Origin: Laetmonice hystrix
Lineage: Eukaryota
Direction of reading: 5' to 3'
NCBI GenBank assembly: GCA_965235115.1
Contig: OZ249451.1
Coordinates: 9,486,001 to 9,550,000 of the forward strand
DNA: 64,000 nt
A program made the translations under genes and the position numbers. Below are positions 51,001-61,657 of the stretch, in pieces. Below the pieces are notes generated by a model. That model did no database searches, had not been told where the DNA came from, and was given only the letters and a program-made list of their open reading frames with translations. Each line of letters opens with the position of its first letter. Position 1 is the first letter of the stretch.

Positions 51001-52142
51001 AATTTAACCGCAATTGAGGAGGTGGAGGAGAATCGATCCGCGCGGAAATGGAGATGGAAGACTCATTTTCTTGTCGCTCTGAGGAATGTTCCGCATGATT
51101 GAACCCGCAAGGAGCGAGTTCAAAGTCCTTCCTGGAGCGTTTCAAGGAGAAGAGTGGGAGAAAGAAAAGTTAAGGGGCCTCAAGCATTCTTAACATTCCA
51201 TTCATTACCCCATACGGCACGTGTAACGGTAGCGCCGCGCGGGGTTAGATGGGTGGGGTGGTGGGATGGGGTGGGGTGGGGTGGGGGTTTATTGGAGAAT
51301 TGATCCCTGTATATGCCACATTGCCATCGCTCTTCTGCACATTTAGACTCGCAGTAATGGAAAACAAAACTACGCGAGCCGGACCCGTCCAGCATACATT
51401 TGATGTGGAAAATAAAGTTAGGAGCTACAGAGCGACAACTGAGTCGTAGGCGATAACATCAAAGCCCCCAGACCGACGCGACCGGCCAGTAAATCGAAAT
51501 TACAAATATTAATTCCCCGACAATTTTCATGTACAGATGACAACTCTCTTGAGCGATTTGAGCACTTGAGTGATCAAACACGAGTTTAAGATGAAGGGCC
51601 GACTTTTTACGTGTGTGCTTATCGACTTGTGGGGCGAACTGGCGGGCGGCTGGTGTACGAACGATTGGGCAAAGCAAGGGGGGCGCTCTGGAAGGGACTC
51701 GCCATCCCGGTGTGCTTGTCGATTTTAGCAAGTAGAATTGATCTCGGCCGGGCTAATACATTAAAATCTTGGCGGCAGAACAGAAGGCCGCCGCACAGGG
51801 CCCAGCGCTGTTTGCTACGGCTACGCGACGGGTAATTGTTTCGTCGAGGATGAAAGCATGTCAGGCGAGAGTTGAGCGAGACTTCGGGCAATTTCGTCTC
51901 TCGCACGGCCTGATGGGAGACCGGAAACGACGGACAGGTGTGTCGGCAGAGAAAGCTGAGGGTTGGGGGTACGTGAGGTGAGGTGATTCAAGACTTTTAC
52001 CTCAGCGTCTGGATATGCCCAATTACAGAGCTGGTGACGCCGCGATATGCTGACAAATTAGTGCCTGAAACGCCCGCTAGTGGAAGGTACAAATAGGAAC
52101 GCACAGGCGACCTCAACGCATCGTCTCTCAAGTTTTCGAATT

Positions 52143-52225
52143 CTTCTCTCTTCTTGTTCTTCTTCGTGTTCTTCTAGTTGTAGTTCTTCTTGTTGCTGTT
52201 CTTCTTGTTCTCTTTCTTCGTCTCT
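52143..52225. repeat. (TCT/TGT)n trinucleotide low-complexity tract
   Basis: Direct reading. Confidence 0.8.
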
Positions 52226-52455
52226 TTGCCCCGACAGGAGTAGGGGAGTGTCTCCTGGTGTAAGGAATTGTTCTCACGTCAACCTCATCATCATCCCCCC
52301 CCCCCCCCGCCCGGGACTGGGTGGTACATTATAGATCTCATGACTGAACAAGTTTTGAAAGTGTTATTCTAACCTTAATCTGACTAAAATACTGCCTACT
52401 GGGCGTGAAGCCATTGATTCCTTCACTCCTTCCTAACACTAACCATCTCTTTCAG

Positions 52456-52559
52456 CCCCAAAACCTGTCGGGAGACGCGCCCGGAAGCCAGGAGTGGACC
52501 GGAAACCACGTCAGGCCTACTCCTCAAAACAGCTGGAAAGACTCGAGGCTGAATTCAAG
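52456..52559 (+). CDS. Abox: Homeobox gene, coding exon 2: linker and homeodomain residues 1-21 (APKPVGRRARKPGV-DRKPRQAYSSKQLERLEAEFK)
   Basis: Acceptor CATCTCTTTCAG|, donor AAG|GTACAA; 104 nt, phase 1 to phase 0; N-terminal arm and helix 1 of a homeodomain. Confidence 0.95.
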
Positions 52560-52838
52560 GTACAACAATGTACTTTCATATGTTCAACATTACATCTACA
52601 TACATTCTACAAACCTTCTGCTGCTGTGACCTTTCAATGGAATGATTACCGTTTATTTATACACATATCACGTCATCGCCACTGACAATCGCAGCGTTGC
52701 CTTTCTTTCCCCGTAACGTTCCCTTGTTGGTTGGCAAAATAAAAGCGTTTGGGAAGGATTTCTGCAGTAGGCCATTATAAAGTGTAATTTTTGAACATTT
52801 CGAACATTTCAGAAGGTTTGAGCTCTCCCTTACCTTCA

Positions 52839-52901
52839 CCCAGAAAACATCACGTTTTGTAACGTTGCAGCAACGTTGTAAAACGTAATGTGTTTGCTGG
52901 G
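52839..52901. mobile_element. 63-bp palindromic MITE-like element
   Basis: CCCAGAAAACATCACGTTTTGTAACGTTGC-A-GCAACGTTGTAAAACGTAATGTGTTTGCTGGG; arms complementary with few mismatches; no clear TSD. Confidence 0.65.
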
Positions 52902-53692
52902 ACAGAGATCAAGAGCAAAACACAGATGTTGTTCATGTGGTCTCTTTGAAGCACAAATCGAACCAAATAGCAGACAGAGACAATGTTTGAAAGAAACCTT
53001 GGAGGATGCTAAGACGCTTTAGCGGGGGATCTCCGACGTTGTGTCACGCGATAATCTCGCTTTGGTCACCTGATGCATTGCATGCGCGAGACAATTCGTG
53101 AACAATGGCGCTAAAACGTATTTGCTGCCGTATGGATTGACAAGGCATGGAAGACTCATGTCTTTTGCGTTCCTAAAAGGCACTATATTTTCTTAAAGTA
53201 TGTAAAACTAGACAAATCAATGCGCAGGAGATGCGAGCTTTCCATGACACTATCCCCCCGTTTCACAAAAAGTTCTTAGGCATAATCTTATCGTAACTTT
53301 ACGAAAAACCGCGTTTGCGTTGCACAAACCGAAAATCGTATCTTAGCGCCTCGTAAAGGGCGGATTCCACATAAAAGATCAGCCGTCCGATTGTGTCAGC
53401 CGAATTTCCATCGGTCGGCTAAAGATCGGATGGGTCGCAAGCCGACCAAATTTCAGCCGAACGTCGATTCCACATAATCCTTGCTGGCCGTCCGATTTCT
53501 CAGTCGAATGTCACTTGGTTTGAATGGTGCTTATTGGTCATTTTTCAAATTCAATATTTATTTAAAGAAAGGAAATGTAGCACTGCCATATTTTTCTTCT
53601 GCCACTGAAAGTTGGCCAAATTTCAATTTTTGCACGCGCGCTCGATCACATGTATTATAAACGTCTGGAAGACTAGAATTCATGAGAGGGTT

Positions 53693-53880
53693 AAGGCGGG
53701 CTCACACAAAGCAGACCGGCAGATTTGGTGATCGGGTGATAAAATCGGCCGATCGGGTGAGACTGGGATCGGTCGGCTGGAACAACAATCTGTTGAGATT
53801 CATGACCCACACTGCCCCGATTGCCATAGGATCGCCAGATTGTCGGCCCACACATAGCCAATTTTGGCGGAGCGGGCCTT
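53693..53880. mobile_element. Degenerate Harbinger-like MITE D nested in element B
   Basis: Begins (TT)AAGGCGGGCTCACAC; rich in ATCGG/CCGAT; right end only about 12/17 complementary. Confidence 0.4.
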
Positions 53881-54525
53881 TTTACCTGTTTTTACTCATT
53901 AGAAGATGAAGAAAGACTGCAACGGAGGAGGAGACGTTTTTTTTTTTGGGGGGGGGGGGGAGACCCGGTTACAGAGACGGACGGAAAAGAGTTCAAATAC
54001 GATGGTGAAACTGTACCGGGAAATCATGAATATAAATATAGACACATTTTTGCCGGTAGTTAGATCCTACCCGAACTTTCTAAATGTATAGGCTAGCCTT
54101 AGCATATTTATGGTCCCTATTTCTACTGACACATGTAGATCCAAACACTCCAATCAAGTTTTCTGTCGTAGTGTAGGTGCTAGAATTATTACATGCTGCT
54201 GGTATAGGCCTACTATAGCCTTAATAATAAATTGCACTATCTATTGAACCTACTTCGGTACAGAAATTTTTAAAAGTCAGTAAAATTTGGCTGAATATGA
54301 GAAGTTTTGTCATTTAAAAAAGCGCACGATGTAAAGTGTAATTAATGAATTTATTGAAAGTGTCACTATGATTAACCAAGTGACTCCTAGTGACTGGAAC
54401 AATTATGATGAGGTTTACAGTATTCAAACATTTCACAATATCTAGAGTAATAAAGGGCCATTCCATGTCAAATCATCCAATGGGAAAAATGACCCCACCC
54501 CCTTCGAAACTTGCTATATATGCTC

Positions 54526-55063
54526 AGTGTGACTGATGTGGGGCAGTGACTTGAGTGATGTGGGGCAGTGACGTGAGTGATGTGGGGCAGTGACGTGAGT
54601 GATGTGGGGGAGTGACGTGAGTGATGTGGGGGAGTGACGTGAGTGATGTGAGGTAGTGACTTGAGTGATGTGGGGCAGTGATGTGAGTGATGTGGGGCAG
54701 TGACGTGAGTGATGTGGGGCAGTGACTTGAGTGATGTGGGCAGTGACTTGAGTGATGTGGGGCAGTGACTTGAGTGATGTGGGGGAGTGACGTGAGTGAT
54801 GTGGGGCAGTGACGTGAGTGATGTGGGGCAGTGACTTGAGTGATGTGGGGCAGGACGTGAGTGATGTGGGGCAGTGACTTAAGTGATGTGGGCAGTGACT
54901 TGAGTGATGTGGGGCAGTGACTTAAGTGATGTGGGGAGTGACTTGAGTGATGTGGGGGAGTACCTTGAGTGATGTGGGCAGTGACTTGAGTGATGTGGGG
55001 GAGTGACATGAGTGATGTGGGGCAGTGACGTGAGTGATGTGGGGTAGTGACGTGGGTGATGTG
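54526..55063. repeat. 21/22-bp minisatellite, about 25 copies, inside element B
   Basis: Unit GTGATGTGGGGCAGTGAC(T/G)TGA. Confidence 0.97.
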
Positions 55064-56026
55064 CTACCACTGCTACCACTTTCAGAAGACATTAATCTGA
55101 TGGCAATCTGCTCGTCAAAATCGGGCAATTGCGCATTCGCGCATATTTTTGGTATAATCGGCTGATTTCCTATACTGGACAGAATTTTACTCCCGATTGC
55201 ATAGAAGATCGCCACCATTCCATAAATCTGACGGTCGGTCGGCTTAGGACTAATGTTCATTTCCGCATCAGATACCAGAGTCTCTGCACATTCTCAGCAG
55301 ATCCATGAATCGTCGCCGTAAATATCAAAACCTTTTAATATTGTCGGCGAAAGCAAAAATGGCATCCGATCACCAGACCGATTCCCCTCAGACAGCCGAT
55401 CATCGATTCCACATAAACGATTTCTCAGCCGAATTCGGCTGGGCCAAAACTTTGTTCGCCGATCGCAAATCGCCTGGAAAATCGGCTCTGTGGAATCAGT
55501 TTATCATGATCGGCGAGAAGAAAATGGCACGCCGATCACCAGCCGAATTCGGCTGAGACAGCCGATCATCGACTCCACATAAACGATTTCTCAGCCGAAT
55601 TCGGCGGGGCCAAAATTTTGTTCGCCGATCGCAAATCGCCTGGAAAATCGGCTATGTGGATTCCAGCCTTAAGTGGTCCTTAAACAGCTACGATTATGGC
55701 CGATTTTAAGAGCCCGACGGGGCAGCTCTTAAGGCCTTAAGAAACTCTTAATACAATAAAAAAAATCATTTGTTTGCTTAAATTTAATTGCAAATTCGCG
55801 AAATAATAATAGGTCGCAAAGTTTGTTGGGGGAGGGGTTATTTAAACCCTTTCCCCAACAAAAATCTGCTGGCTCACTAAACCAAGGACAGCTGGCCTCC
55901 AATATAAGATTCAAGAAATGTATTCCCACGTACAGCTCAAAAGCATCGCTATTTCAGTTGGGTGTGTTCTGGACATACAAATTACTCCAACCCCACCCTG
56001 ACTGGGAGGACCGGGGGAGTCGCATT

Positions 56027-56452
56027 GGGCCTTTCACACCGCAGCCGATGCCGATACCGATGCCGATACTGATACCGAGACCGAGGGCGACACCGATGTC
56101 CACACCGACCTTGGCTACAGTGTGAATGATGCACCGATGCCCGACACCGGTGCCGACATGTAGATCGCGACTGGTTTCCGACACCGGCCCGGCTGCCGGC
56201 CGTCCTCCGCGTCGGTGAGGGATTGCTCCGATCAAGATGCACGGGAACCTCCCGGTCTCCAGGAAAATCGGTGGCCGACGTTTGGAAAATAGAACATGAT
56301 CTATTTGCCTCGCTGACGTCGGTGTCGGACACCGACGTCGGCGTCAGTATCGGTCTTGGTGTGAATGCTCCCACTGGAAATAAGGTGTTGTAAAAAAATA
56401 TCGGTGTCGCCGTCCGTATCGGTGCCAGTATCGGCTGCGGTGTGAATGGGCC
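56027..56452. mobile_element. Harbinger-like MITE C, 426 bp
   Basis: Left GGGCCTTTCACACCGCAGCCGAT and right ATCGGCTGCGGTGTGAATGGGCC are inverted repeats; ATT on both flanks (3-bp TSD); internal CCGAT/ATCGG subrepeats. Confidence 0.75.
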
Positions 56453-56809
56453 ATTATACATAACTCTCTGCCGACCCCGGCCAGAGCCGACCTCACAGTG
56501 GGCGGTCTGTGTATACAGAGACTGTAACCATCCTAGTGAAAAACATTATTGTGAAGACTATAGGCTACCCATGAAAACTTATGTGAAACTTTTGTGAAAC
56601 GGGGGGTATAGATCTACCGGAGTCGTCAGATAAATTCTTTTTGGCTCGTTTCCTTTGGTATCAAAATTTCTTTTTTTTGGGGCGGGGGGGGGGGGTTATC
56701 TTCAACAGTGAAGGCGGAATGTCTGATAACGAGGTTAACAGCACTCTTCCAACCCCCTTCCAATATTATATCACCCGCAGGCTGAGCATTGTGCTGACCG
56801 GGGCAAAAG

Positions 56810-57049
56810 CAGGGCCGGATCCAGGATTTTTTCAAGGGGGCGGGGGTTGCAACAACTTGACAGGTGAAAAAACACTTTATTATTACCAAGATATTACATT
56901 TATATTTTGCTCCTTAGCAAACTAACATAGCGCTGTGCACTGTGCTTGGGGCAATCTGGTGGAAATCTGGCTTTAGCATGTTGTTCTGACAGAATTTTTC
57001 TAGATTTCTAAGGGGGGTTGCACCCCCCCCCCTTCTGGATCCGGCCCTG
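56810..57049. mobile_element. hAT-like MITE E, 240 bp
   Basis: Perfect 15-bp TIRs CAGGGCCGGATCCAG / CTGGATCCGGCCCTG; CAG termini are typical of hAT elements, but an 8-bp TSD is not preserved. Confidence 0.7.
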
Positions 57050-57502
57050 AAAATACGTGTAGATCTAGCCTATTTATCACTGAGTTGTGTAGCCTACATG
57101 GAAGCGGGTCCAGTGGATTACATAATATTATTTTTGGTGGCTCCTTGCCTCACGGGCGACGCGGCCATCCAGCCCCCCCCCCCCACCACCACCCCACCCC
57201 ACCCCCACCCCGACTACGTAGGTGGGTTACAGGTACGTGTAGGCAAGGAGAACATTAGGCGACAGGAGCAGTGGATATGTATGAAAACAATGGCCGTGGA
57301 CCGTACTTGGGTGGGAGGGGGTGATTTACGAGATGAGTATAGTGCCTGGCACGAACGAAATGGACCGTCATTTGAAGTTAAAATAGGCCTATATATGTCA
57401 AAGCTATATACGGTACATTGTAGACGAAACCCAGTAATTTCAAAATCCCAATTCCCCTTTGGGGGATGGGATATTTAATATCGCTTTGACATATGTTTTA
57501 AC

Positions 57503-57823
57503 TTTGACGGTCCATTTCGGTCCCTGCCCTGGACCGAGGCTGTCCCATTGTGGGTCCATAAGGTATATCTCGGTCCCTTCTTTCTTTGTAGGGTTCGTTT
57601 CGGTAAATATCTGATACCCTAGGGTCCGTTTCGGTAGGGTTCCGTAGTTTGACGGTCCGTTTCTGTCCCTGCCCTGGACCGAGGCGGTCCCATTGTGGGT
57701 CCATAAGGTGTATCTCGGTCCCTTCTTTCTTAGTGGGTTTCGTTTCGGTCCATATCTGGTCCCCTAGGGTCCGTTTCCGTCCGTTTCCGTCCCTTTCGGT
57801 CGGTTGCGGTATTTAGTCATACC
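57503..57823. repeat. 145-bp tandem duplication with GTCCGTTTC(G/C)G subrepeats, probably a transposon end
   Basis: TTTGACGGTCC at 57503 and 57648; ends GGTATTTAGTCATACC. Confidence 0.75.
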
Positions 57824-57879
57824 GGCCGGAAGTTGTAACTTTCCCGCCAGATTCAGGTCCCGCAGTACTAAATCCAAAT

Positions 57880-58057
57880 CCTCGTAAACTTACGATACGA
57901 TTCTTAAGGTTACGATGCGATTATGAAGTACGAGACTTTCAAATTTAAGATTTCGTTTGTGCAACACTTTTTACGATCATTCTTAGGAAAACTCTTATTC
58001 GTAAAATACACGATTTTTTTCGTATCGTAAAATACGATACTTTTGTGAAACGGGCCC
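57880..58057. mobile_element. MITE fragment G related to element A
   Basis: Ends TTTTGTGAAACGGGCCC; shares GTTGCACAAAC (rc) and TACGAT/ATCGTA motifs with 53254-53353. Confidence 0.55.
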
Positions 58058-58805
58058 ATTAGGTTCCTAAAAGTTTGTAGCTGCGCACTATACATAGACG
58101 ATATTCTTTTCTCTTCACCATAAAGAAAAGGGGGAGAAACAAGAAACTGGATATAAGTTTGCCAGCAGTATGAAACGTGTTGCAGGTGTAGTGTTGGAGC
58201 GACGCATGCTTCACTTCCTTGGCATGAAAAATAGATGTTTGTGGTAAAGAGAAGATTCGACGATTCGGTGCCCGTGCCTTGTTCTTGCCATTAGCAAATG
58301 GCATCTTTGCGCCTCCTGATACACTTTAACAAAACAACGTACAACTACTAAACAAACAGCGGCTGTTTTACGTCAGGAGGAAAAACATATATACGGGGGC
58401 GCTCAACTAAATGGAGACATGTAAAGGGAGGCAGAATGTGCGCCGGGTCCGAGGGGGAATATGAAAGACATTCGATGTATGCCTCCTATGGACAACGTGG
58501 AAAAGAAAAGATAAGAGTGGTTTATCGAGAAGTGGAGAATGTCTCTGGTTACGATCCGGGTTCAATGTTCTTGGAGCATTATGTCGTAAATCACTAGTTC
58601 CCAAACCAGGTCGTAATCTAACTGACAGGGTCGTATAGATGGGCTAATGGAGAAACAAATCGGCAATAAAAACTACCTGGGCCAGCCTTTTGGGTCGTCA
58701 GACCAGGAAAACGGTTGTATTAGAGTTTAAACAAATTCATCTACAATAATAATTGCTATAGTTTTAACAGGTCCCTGGAATGGTTTCTTTTATCTTTTTT
58801 TTTAG

Positions 58806-58952
<147 letters not shown>

Positions 58953-59042
58953 TAACGCACTGATACGAAGTTATACTTTCCTTAAGCGTTACTCTAATAT
59001 CTGTGCGCACACTTTTGAACTATTTATGAAATTCGTTTTCAG

Positions 59043-59223
59043 AACAAAGTGGAAGAAACAGATGACAGCCCGGATGAAGATGGCACAAAGACAAGGATTA
59101 TGGCCTGCTCCTTACTGGACACCCACACCATACGGGACCTTCCCGCCTCCCTACCTGCCTACGTCACAGCTGACGTCATCCAACAGCGCCAACTTTACCA
59201 GCACTCCATTCAGCGTTCAATAG
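59043..59223 (+). CDS. Abox: Homeobox gene, coding exon 4: homeodomain end (RTKWKKQM) and Pro/Thr/Tyr-rich C-terminus, stop TAG
   Basis: Acceptor ATTCGTTTTCAG| after a 142-bp intron; split codon AG+A = Arg53. The joined CDS is 1269 nt (422 aa plus stop). The family name rests on recalled similarity to CG34031/ceh-19 and needs a HomeoDB/BLAST check. Confidence 0.95.
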
Positions 59224-59259
59224 AATAGTTTGAATTGATGTTTATAAAGGACGAATGAT

Positions 59260-59294
59260 GGGGATGGGGATGGGGATGGGGATGGGGATGGGGG
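59260..59294 (+). repeat. (GGGGAT)5 GGGGG tract in the 3' UTR, potential G-quadruplex
   Basis: Six runs of 4 or more G separated by AT, starting 37 nt after the stop codon. Confidence 0.85.
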
Positions 59295-60173
59295 CCCAGT
59301 ACGTAAGGACGGACACCAACTGTCCTGTGGTAGCAGGGCAGGAGGAATGCACTACTGTGGACATGTGTATAAGAATTTTACAAATATTATTTTTCTTTAC
59401 AAATTATATTGATTATTATATTGATTATGAATGTGTAAGAAAATGCAGAAAGCGTCCGAGGTTTACTGTAGGGATATGTATAAATGGAAGATTTCCCCCC
59501 CTTTTTGTCGCAATAATGTTGCAACCAATTTGTCAAAGAATATTTCAAATGATACTCTCAAATAATTGTCAACCTAAGATTCAATTCTTCTATGTGACAG
59601 AATACCATTTTTGTAAATATAACTGTCGTTGCCCAAATCATAATGTATAAATCTGTGAAATATTTATGCTATGGTTTAGCCAACCTAAACCGGATTCAAT
59701 AATTTTCTGATAAAACACGAAACCAACCCCGCAATGATTCGAGCACAGCTTCCTAGCTGTCATTCTGCCTCATTCACAGCGAGAGTTTCATGAAACATTA
59801 TGACTGCAAACTGTCTTCAATTGACAGAGAAGAGAGTCCAGACAGACAAGAGTCTCCCTATGTCCGAAAACGTTTTTACGCTGCCTCAGCACAGCTTCAG
59901 CGGATGTCTCTTGGACCATAGAAATTATAGCCGGTTCTACTTTCATGTCAGCCATTCACAAGGTTACTATTACTCCGCAAAGTTAGGAGTTCGGCAGTAT
60001 GAGTGGCTAGTTTTAAATACAGCAATCCACTCCCTGAAATAGCAGTATACTATGTGAATATATTCAACCCTTCGTTATATATAACTTTACAGTAATTTTA
60101 GACATTGCAAACTAGCGACCGGTAGTTATTCAAATAAGGTTCCTGCCTTTTAAACAGGTCAATGAAAATGTGC

Positions 60174-60179
60174 AATAAA
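60174..60179 (+). terminator. Candidate polyadenylation signal
   Basis: First canonical AATAAA I found downstream of the stop; a second is near 60332 and a TATAAA variant is at 59646. Confidence 0.4.
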
Positions 60180-60654
60180 ACGATTACATTTATCATGATC
60201 ATATGTGCTGATTTAAGGTTTGCCAATGAATATTGATCATCTGTTTACTTTACCAACAAAATAGTTATTTGACTTATTTTATGACCGTTCTTGAGTCTAA
60301 CATTCAATGTTTCCAGATGTACTGTGAATACAATAAAGTGCATTATCGTTCTATTCTTACTTCGTGTCTCACTAACTACCTAGGCCTACATCCGTATCAC
60401 GGGCGGACCCCGGATGTCGGAAGGTGGAGATCTCACAAAGGAGGTCCTACTTTAAAAATTCGTCCCCCAGAGCATAAAAAATTGATCCCCGCGCGTCCGG
60501 CATTTAAAAATCAACTATCTAAAGGAAACACGGTTGATAGGGCTCTTCAAAACGTTGAAGTTTTATGAGTGGCCACCCCAATAAGTGGTTTCAGAGGCCC
60601 TTCATTCAGGTTACTTCAGGTCGGCCTCGAGGCGAACGACGCCGAGGATGCAGT

Positions 60655-60669
60655 GCTGCCATCTAGCGG
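60655..60669 (-). promoter_or_regulatory. Strong CTCF motif downstream of the gene
   Basis: Minus strand CCGCTAGATGGCAGC(ACTGC), a perfect match to CCRSYAGRKGGCRS. Confidence 0.55.
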
Positions 60670-60769
60670 TTTACGAATACACGTTTATCGCTCTTGTACC
60701 TACTCTCTTCTTCTTCTACGAGAAAATTGAAAGCCTTTATATGTGCATCCTTATGAACATCCAAGGATA

Positions 60770-61110
60770 AGCCATTTGACTTATTTTCGCTGAACCACGT
60801 GACCTTGAAATTTTGAACATAGGTCAATTTAGATATTTATGGCTGTAACTCGTAAATGGTGACAGATAGGTTCATAATTAGTATTGAACAAGAATAGGAA
60901 GTCGTATATGCTCATTCAATTGACATCATTNNNNNNNNNNNNNNNNNNNNNNNNNNNNNNNNNNNNNNNNNNNNNNNNNNNNNNNNNNNNNNNNNNNNNN
61001 NNNNNNNNNNNNNNNNNNNNNNNNNNNNNNNNNNNNNNNNNNNNNNNNNNNNNNNNNNNNNNNNNNNNNNNNNNNNNNNNNNNNNNNNGTTTGTCAGTGA
61101 CAGCAAATTG
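60770..61110. mobile_element. Fragment of a probable interspersed repeat spanning the gap at 60931-61088
   Basis: GTGACCTTGAAA...AGGTCA...CTCGTAAATGGTGACAGATAGG...AATAGGAAGTCGTATATG resembles, from memory, a common invertebrate repeat type; family not assigned. Confidence 0.4.
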
Positions 61111-61140
61111 GTGACGATCTAACGTTAGCTAGGGCCTACT

Positions 61141-61240
61141 AAGTCGTAATAACGACATAGCAATGTCTTAATTACGACATATTAAGTTGGAATAACGACA
61201 TAGTAAGTCATAATAACGACATAGAGCTGTCGTAATGACA
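61141..61240. repeat. Degenerate TAA(T/C)GACATA short tandem motif cluster
   Basis: TAACGACATA or TTACGACATA recurs four times, with related partial copies. Confidence 0.7.
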
Positions 61241-61252
61241 TACAAAGTCCCG

Positions 61253-61310
61253 GGCTCCCTCGCTAGGTGGCTCTGTAGTCGACTCGACAGAGCCACCTAG
61301 CGAGGGAGCC
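61253..61310. repeat. Perfect 24-bp inverted repeat with a 10-nt loop
   Basis: GGCTCCCTCGCTAGGTGGCTCTGT-AGTCGACTCG-ACAGAGCCACCTAGCGAGGGAGCC. Confidence 0.97.
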
Positions 61311-61657
61311 GAGAACCAGCTTGTCAGTTCTGACGAGCTAAATGATCTTCATCACCGGTATCCCGACTGAATGGGAGGACAAAGTCATCAGTCCAATTAA
61401 AAGGTAAATCTAGCCATGCAGCACCTGAAAGCATGTTTATTTTGCTCCAAGTTATAGATCTCATTTTCTGAGGGACTTTCTCCCGTCGCGAGTCACCACC
61501 GGTAGATTAGCCTGCTGCACTATGCGACTCATTGCATAGCGACTGGCTTTGCAACTCGTTTGCGCCAGTTGCGAGTCGCGAACCAGAGGTCGCGAAGAGG
61601 GGTTGGCAATTCCAGTCGCCGGTTGCGAAGCAGTCGTCACCGGTGGATTAGAGGCGT

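Larger units (their letters stand above)
53357..55669. mobile_element. Non-autonomous PIF/Harbinger-like element B, 2313 bp
   Basis: TIRs AGGGCGGATTCCACATA and (rc) AGGCTGGAATCCACATA match 14/17; flanked by TAA on both sides (53354-56, 55670-72), the Harbinger-type 3-bp TSD; subterminal AATCGG/CCGAT motifs; 166-bp internal duplication at about 55366-55660; no transposase ORF seen. Confidence 0.7.
53254..56606. mobile_element. Outer MITE-like element A with CCCCCCGTTTCACAAAA ends (pairing of the two ends is uncertain)
   Basis: Left CCCCCCGTTTCACAAAAAGTT at 53254; right AACTTTTGTGAAACGGGGGG ending 56606; both flanked by TAT. The interiors diverge beyond the TIR, so these could be two separate copies. 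Confidence 0.45.

Noticed and set aside
54524-55079. His/Thr/Ser-rich minus-strand ORFs
   Set aside because: Translations of the 22-bp minisatellite.
55823-56461. ORFs of 93-159 aa in intron 2
   Set aside because: They fall within GC-rich MITE C; no transposase motifs are seen.
57098-57478. 126-aa ATG-initiated ORF in intron 2
   Set aside because: No recognisable domain; includes a C-run-derived poly-Pro; no supporting splice or phase evidence.
59255-59650. 131-aa ORF starting MMGMGMGMG
   Set aside because: It arises from the GGGGAT repeat and AT-rich 3' UTR sequence.
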